Origin: Octopus bimaculoides
Taxonomy: Eukaryota
DNA: 38,585 nucleotides
Reading direction: 5' to 3'
Assembly (NCBI RefSeq): GCF_001194135.2
Contig: NC_068991.1
Location: 15,535,563-15,574,147, forward strand
Below are positions 32,729 through 38,585 of this stretch, in pieces. A model generated the notes under the pieces. That model was not told where the DNA came from and did not search any database. It saw only the letters and a list, made by a program, of their open reading frames with translations. How positions within the stretch are numbered: the stretch's first letter is position 1; the number at the start of each line of letters is the position of its first letter. A program made the translations under genes and the position numbers.

Positions 32729-32744
32729 ATATCATACATCTGAA

Positions 32745-33560
32745 TGGAACTACAGTTGTGCTTGAAATAGTCACCTTCAGTTGGAAATGCTTAACGAATT
32801 GCTTCATGAGACCCAGTTTCATATGCAGGGGTAAGAATATGATTTTCTCTATGCCTGTAAGTGGCTTATCTAGAATGTGAGAATCACCAGATTTAAGGTC
32901 AGATCTTAGAGACCAGTTCCTCTGCACTCAAATGCTTCTCTTGAGCTCTGCTGTCTCACATGCACAGAAAGCAGAGATACTTGATGTATACTCGTTACTG
33001 ACCAAAAAGGACGTGCACCATTTTAAGGTCAACACAGATGATCCAATTGTGTTTATGATTGCTACAACTTCAATGACTCTCTTTATGTATCCGTATTATT
33101 AACGAATATGGAGACATAAAGACCTAGGTCTCAGATCTCGCAACAGAATCCCTCCACATTTCAAATCACCAGTTCACTCACTTCAAAGTCTTTCCATCTC
33201 TCTTCCACTGCACAAATATGTTCTCTAGTCTCCTAAACTCAAATTCTCTGTATTACTCTGCTTGTCATTCCCATATCTTGACCACATTCATGTAATTTCA
33301 TGCATCATAGCACCAAGTCAGCTTCTGCTTCCATCTTCAAACATGAAGTTGACTCTGACGTGCTGAAGGACAGTTGAGGCATATAACTGGTCAATAATCG
33401 TGACTTATTGTTTGCGGGGAGATTTGAAACGGACCATGCGTTTCAACAATCAACCTAAAGTCACCAGATCAGAAAAATAGAAAAATTCTCACTCTTTGTC
33501 ATCAAAATAATAAAAGCAATCAGTTTGGATAAACAATACAACTATGCTTATTCAAAAAAT
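32745..33560 (-). mobile_element. DNA transposon remnant, CMC/Chapaev3-like transposase (family name from recall)
   Basis: HKHNWIICVDLKMV..YIKYLCFLCM*DSRA..KPLTGIEKIIFLPLHMKLGLMKQFVK. Confidence 0.7.
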
Positions 33561-34987
33561 AGACTATTGAAAAAAAAAAACTTGAGGTGATAGAAGAAAA
33601 CTGACTATAGTTTTGAAATCGGTATGCCAGTATTAGTCTCAATCAATGAAACAGCAAACTCAACAGCAATTATGTTCAAGATTGTTCCTCAGTGTTATCA
33701 ATTAATTTGTTCCTCATAGAGAAATGGTCCTTAGTTTTTCAGCACGTAGAGTTAGATTTAGTTTTAAACATTAGCATCTTAATATTATTACAGTTCGTTG
33801 CAGAGAGAGAGAGAGTGCTTCCTCTTTAATGATATGTTACAAGTGAATAAAGAAATGAAGCCGTGAAAGTTTGGTAGCGAAGAAGTTAATAATGGTCGCG
33901 AGAAATTTAAATGTCTTCACATCATTATGTACGGATTAAAAGACGCACCGGAAAATTGGTAGTGCATCTGTTCTTGAAACATTGTTGATCTTTTTGCATT
34001 GGTTTTCCATGATCTTCAGAAAAGGTATAGATCGAGGCTCGACTTCTGCCCATACTTATTGAACCCGCCTTCTCAACAGCATCAGTTGATGGAATGTTCG
34101 TGCTCAAACACTTGTTAAGCCCGGTTTCTCATCATGTTGTGGCAACAGCTGATGATGGAATTTTAAATAGCAGACACAACGGTATTCACAGCGGCGTCGC
34201 CCTTGTGTTTGCTCTCGCTTTCCCGAGCTCCAAGCCTGCACAGGCTCACACAGCAAAACCCACAAGTATTACCCAGGGACAGACCACAGCTCCGCATCAC
34301 TCGGGGTGGGCCATTTCCCCTCGTCTCCCTCCTCTGACATGCTGCTGAATACTTACCATTTTCAAAATAATAAATTATTATATAATTTTTATATGAATCC
34401 CCCCCACACACGCTCTCTCTCTCTCTCTCNNNNNNNNNNNNNNNNNNNNNNNNNNNNNNNNNNNNNNNNNNNNNNNNNNNNNNNNNNNNNNNNNNNNNNN
34501 NNNNNNNNNNNNNNNNNNNNNNNNNNNNNNNNNNNNNNNNNNNNNNNNNNNNNNNNNNNNNNNNNNNNNNNNNNNNNNNNNNNNNNNNNNNNNNNNNNNN
34601 NNNNNNNNNNNNNNNNNNNNNNNNNNNNNNNNNNNNNNNNNNNNNNNNNNNNNNNNNNNNNNNNNNNNNNNNNNNNNNNNNNNNNNNNNNNNNNNNNNNN
34701 NNNNNNNNNNNNNNNNNNNNNNNNNNNNNNNNNNNNNNNNNNNNNNNNNNNNNNNNNNNNNNNNNNNNNNNNNNNNNNNNNNNNNNNNNNNNNNNNNNNN
34801 NNNNNNNNNNNNNNNNNNNNNNNNNNNNNNNNNNNNNNNNNNNNNNNNNNNNNNNNNNNNNNNNNNNNNNNNNNNNNNNNNNNNNNNNNNNNNNNNNNNN
34901 NNNNNNNNNNNNNNNNNNNNNNNNNNNNNNNNNNNNNNNNNNNNNNNNNNNNNNNNNNNNNNNNNNNNNNNNNNNNNNNNNNNNNNN

Positions 34988-35021
<34 letters not shown>

Positions 35022-35053
35022 TACATACATATATATATATACACACACACACC

Positions 35054-35100
<47 letters not shown>

Positions 35101-35199
35101 TGTAAATATTTCATTTAGTTTTATTTAATTATATGAAATTGTCTGTTGATAAATGATATTATCAACTACAGAAATAGATTTATCAATTTATTTTTCTAA

Positions 35200-35893
35200 C
35201 TTGATTCATTTCATTTCATAGCCATGGCTGATATGGTATCGTTTCTAATGCTGTTGTTGTTTTTGTTGTTGGTGTTGTTGTTGTTATTGTCTTTTTTTTG
35301 TTTTTTTTTGTTTTGCAGCTGCAGTTTAAATTTACTGTGTGCTTGTTTATTTACTTTGACGAGTGCAGTCGTCATCGTCGTCATCATCAGCCTCCTTCTT
35401 ATCCTCCTCCTCCTCCTCCTCCTCCTGCACATCATCATCATCATTATCATCATCACCACTACCACACCACCATCACCACTATTACCACCACCACCACCAC
35501 CACCACAACTACCACCNNNNNNNNNNNNNNNNNNNNNNNNNNNNNNNNNNNNNNNNNNNNNNNNNNNNNNNNNNNNNNNNNNNNNNNNNNNNNNNNNNNN
35601 NNNNNNNNNNNNNNNNNNNNNNNNNNNNNNNNNNNNNNNNNNNNNNNNNNNNNNNNNNNNNNNNNNNNNNNNNNNNNNNNNNNNNNNNNNNNNNNNNNNN
35701 NNNNNNNNNNNNNNNNNNNNNNNNNCAACAACTACTAGCACTACCACCACCAATCATCGTCGTCGTCGTCAGCATCACCACCACCACCACCTTCATGGTA
35801 CTGCTGCTGCTGCTGATGATGATGATGTTGACCATCATCATCATCATCATCATCATTAGCGTCATCTTGAACATCACCATCACAACCATACTC

Positions 35894-35933
<40 letters not shown>

Positions 35934-36129
35934 ACATCCTCGTCATCATCATCCTCATCAACATCATCATCATCCCTATATTATCAATAGCATTATTAAT
36001 TAGTAGCAGCACCAGCAGCAGCATCACAATCATTATGAACACCAACTACGTTATCAACACTACCATCATTATCTTCATCATCGTCATCATCCTCCTTCTC
36101 CTCATCCTCATCACCACCACCACCACCAC
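35200..36129. repeat. Compound trinucleotide tract (GTT, CCT, CAT, CAC) with an N-gap
   Basis: Direct; it produces the His/Pro/Ser/Ile homopolymer ORFs. Confidence 0.95.
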
Positions 36130-37170
36130 TAGCCCTGACAATACACCCCATGTGCTTGGCTTCGAGATGCTGGCTTAATTCCAGTCTCTTCACCTTCACC
36201 TGGGATGCACTGCCAGTCCTCATGGCTTCCTCTAGGGCCTTAACTAAATCTTCTTCCCTCTTACGTTTTCTAGCCACGAAACCTATGCTATATCTAATAG
36301 ACTCAAATTTAATGGCACGTTTGAGGGCATACCTCCATTTGTTGTCAATAATGGTTGCGGTTAATGCCCTCTATATCAACAACTTAATCCGGTTCCTGTA
36401 TTCTTCAATCGTCAAAAGAGACGTATTGAGTTTCCAGTAGCCGGAACATTTACTATATAACTTATCTAGGTTCAGTTTACAAGTGACAAACTTGTGATCA
36501 CTGTAGCTGACCGGGTGGAATTGTAGACACTTAGCTATATCCTTGTCGATTTTTCTAATTAAAATCTTATCTATGTAAGACCTTGAAGAACCGTCGCCAC
36601 TTGACCATTCCACAATGGGGCGTTCGGGAATTCCAGTCTATATGGAGCTACTAGCTGAAAGCGACTTAGCAGACCCCGGAAGCCAGGATTCGTTCCCCTA
36701 TCCGTGTTCGAGCCAACACTATACACGCGTGCATCGTGGATAGTGTTAAAGTCTCCTAACAAAACTAGTGAATGTGACGTACCCAGAAACTTCTTCAAGT
36801 CACGAAAATAATCCCTCTGACCAGAATTGGGTGCGTAAATTGCAACCTGTCTGATTGTCTTACCACAACTGAACGTCAGATCCAAAACGACCAGCCTACC
36901 TTCTGGGTCAGAAAAAATCAACTTTTTCTCTTAAACTCGGTTTCTTTTTAACAGGACCAACACCCCACCGCCTCCCGCGGGATGGCCTAGAGAAATAAAC
37001 TTCCCGTAACCATTCAGGAGAGGGAGCAGATCTCTTGGCACCTTTAACCAGATTTCTGTAGCAACAATTACATCCAAATTCCATACCCTAACGTCATTTA
37101 AGAAACACCCTTGCTTCCAACTCGACGGTAGGCCACGTACTTTTACACAACCAACGTGAATAGCCATCAA
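36130..37170 (-). pseudogene. Tx1/L1-like LINE ORF2 N-terminus: APE endonuclease plus linker; RT missing
   Basis: CVKVRGL, ATEIWL, DPEGRLVVLDL, AIYAPN, LLGDFN, SYIDKIL, YSDHKFV, GYWKLNTSLL, GCIVRA; two stops and one frameshift (~36615); ends at the microsatellite. Confidence 0.92.
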
Positions 37171-37180
37171 GTCTTACCTC

Positions 37181-38553
37181 TTAATCGGTGGCGGGAGGCG
37201 GAGGGAAGTCCGCCTCTTTTCCTTTTTCACGGTCTCGTGAGGCTGAAGGAAGTAGGCCCTCATAAAATTGAGGTGAAAAACCCGTCCTCAGAGGGTCTAC
37301 ATCATTCCTATGGTCGTTCGCCAGTATATTATAACTTTTTTGGTCGATGCGGTATACCGCAATATTATCCATACATTTTTCTTCAATTCGCTTGGCATTT
37401 GAAATGATTGGTGTTACACTTTTCGAGTTCCGAACCGCCATGTAATACTCTTCCTGTTTACTTGTTTTTATATGTGTTTTCGCTTTTTTAAAGTCTCTTT
37501 TTGCTTCATTTTTTTTTCCGGGGAGGCTGGTTTTATTTTTATCTTTATTTTTTCTCGTTGACCATTCCTCCACCTCATTGCTGCTTACTGTTGTTGAGCT
37601 ACTGCTTTCTCCAGTTCCGTTGCTCTCCGACGTTGTAGTTTCATTTTCTGGTGCAGCCTCCTTCTTCTCTTTGGTCTCCTCTCGAGGGGGAGGGGTTACA
37701 CTCGGCTCTAATATACCCTTTTTTCCCGCAGTTAAAACATCTGCGTTTCCGACCTTCAACCATCACAATTAGTCGGTTTTCTCCTACCTGCAGCACTTCA
37801 AGAATTTCTTCTAAGGCCAGGGGCCCGGTTTGAATCGTCATTTTTACGCTTTGCCCCTGCCAGTTCTTCTCCTCGGTCGCCACTGCTTCTAGCAGTGTTA
37901 TTTTTTCCTCTAGTTCTAGCATCACAGCTGCCACCAACCACTCTGCGTCAATCCCTGGAGGTACGTTGTTAATTCTGATTCTAGATGTTCTCCTCCCCAT
38001 ATAAATGGGCAGGAGAATCACCTCTTCCGTTCTTAGAGAACCCACCGAATGGAGCCTTGCTTTTTCTGCAGACTCCATCCTGACTTCTACTGTCGCGAAC
38101 CTCTTGCCTCTTGTGATGTAAGTAATGTCTCGCCATACCGGTTGGAGACACTTTTCTATTTCTTTTTCTTGTACGAGGTCAATTTTTTTTATTCTTAACA
38201 CGATATGTCTTGTATATCACTGTTCGTTTCATTATATCATCCGCTAAGCTTTCTGGGGGGATCACTTTAACTTTTGTCCCCTCCTTGGTGAGCATGTCTT
38301 TGTACTTATGTAACTCTTCCATGTTTAACTTTCTCACTTTACTGCCAGCTGCCGCTGCAAAGTTCATTTCTTCTTGCGATGTCGCGTTACTTGGTGACTC
38401 GCCCGTGGCTAGACTTGCCACCTCCATATTCCATTTTATGTTTGGTTTCTTTGGTGAACCATTCTTGTTTGCTGACTCAACATCCAGTTTTCTTGGTGTT
38501 ACACTTTTGCCGGGAGCCACAATTGACTCACCGGTTGAAGTACTTGGTACACA
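37181..38553 (-). pseudogene. Tx1/L1-like LINE ORF1 (RRM-like region, zinc knuckle, low-complexity C-terminus)
   Basis: Three track ORFs join via +1 shifts in an A-run (~38185) and a C-run (~37690); CFNCGKKGYIRAEC is a CCHC knuckle with H to Y; the stop lies 10 bp before the ORF2 ATG; the frame stays open up to the (TA)n at ~38553. Confidence 0.85.
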
Positions 38554-38585
38554 ATATATATATATATATGTATATATAAATACAC

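Noticed and set aside
34030-34070. Minus-strand FNKYGQK resembling the WRKY motif
   Set aside because: The frame is broken by nearby stops and lacks the zinc ligands; likely chance.
11106-35118. Long ORFs of 200-340 aa made mostly of X
   Set aside because: They are open only because N-gaps contain no stop codons.
35224-36178. His/Pro/Ser-rich protein (transcription-factor-like low complexity)
   Set aside because: It is a compound trinucleotide tract with no ordered domain and no convincing splice signals.

Overview
AT-rich, microsatellite-dense eukaryotic DNA with about 13 N-gaps, most of them flanked by (TA)n. The repeat families and assembly style suggest a coleoid cephalopod, most likely Octopus (inference, not searched). 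No intact protein-coding gene, RNA gene or CRISPR array is supportable, and most ORFs in the track are microsatellite or N-gap artefacts. The window is a transposable-element graveyard. It holds three tRNA-type SINE families, an RTE-clade LINE with a PHD-like finger inside its RT plus scattered 3' tails, and an R4/Dong-like RT fragment. It also holds a Mag-type Gypsy 5' half (LTR, tRNA-Ser PBS, gag, protease), a Penelope-like RT fragment, a Tx1/L1-like ORF1+APE element, two Tc1/mariner remnants, hAT and Chapaev3-like remnants, and TTAA and 8-bp-TSD MITEs. The least explained signals are three separate minimal hammerhead-ribozyme-like motifs (one inside a long fold-back), several near-perfect palindromes, a 66-bp inverted repeat carrying octamer and CCAAT motifs, a two-subunit minisatellite, and two frame-compatible candidate host exons. 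Coordinates of degenerate repeats are approximate (about 10-20 bp), and family names come from motif recall rather than database searches.
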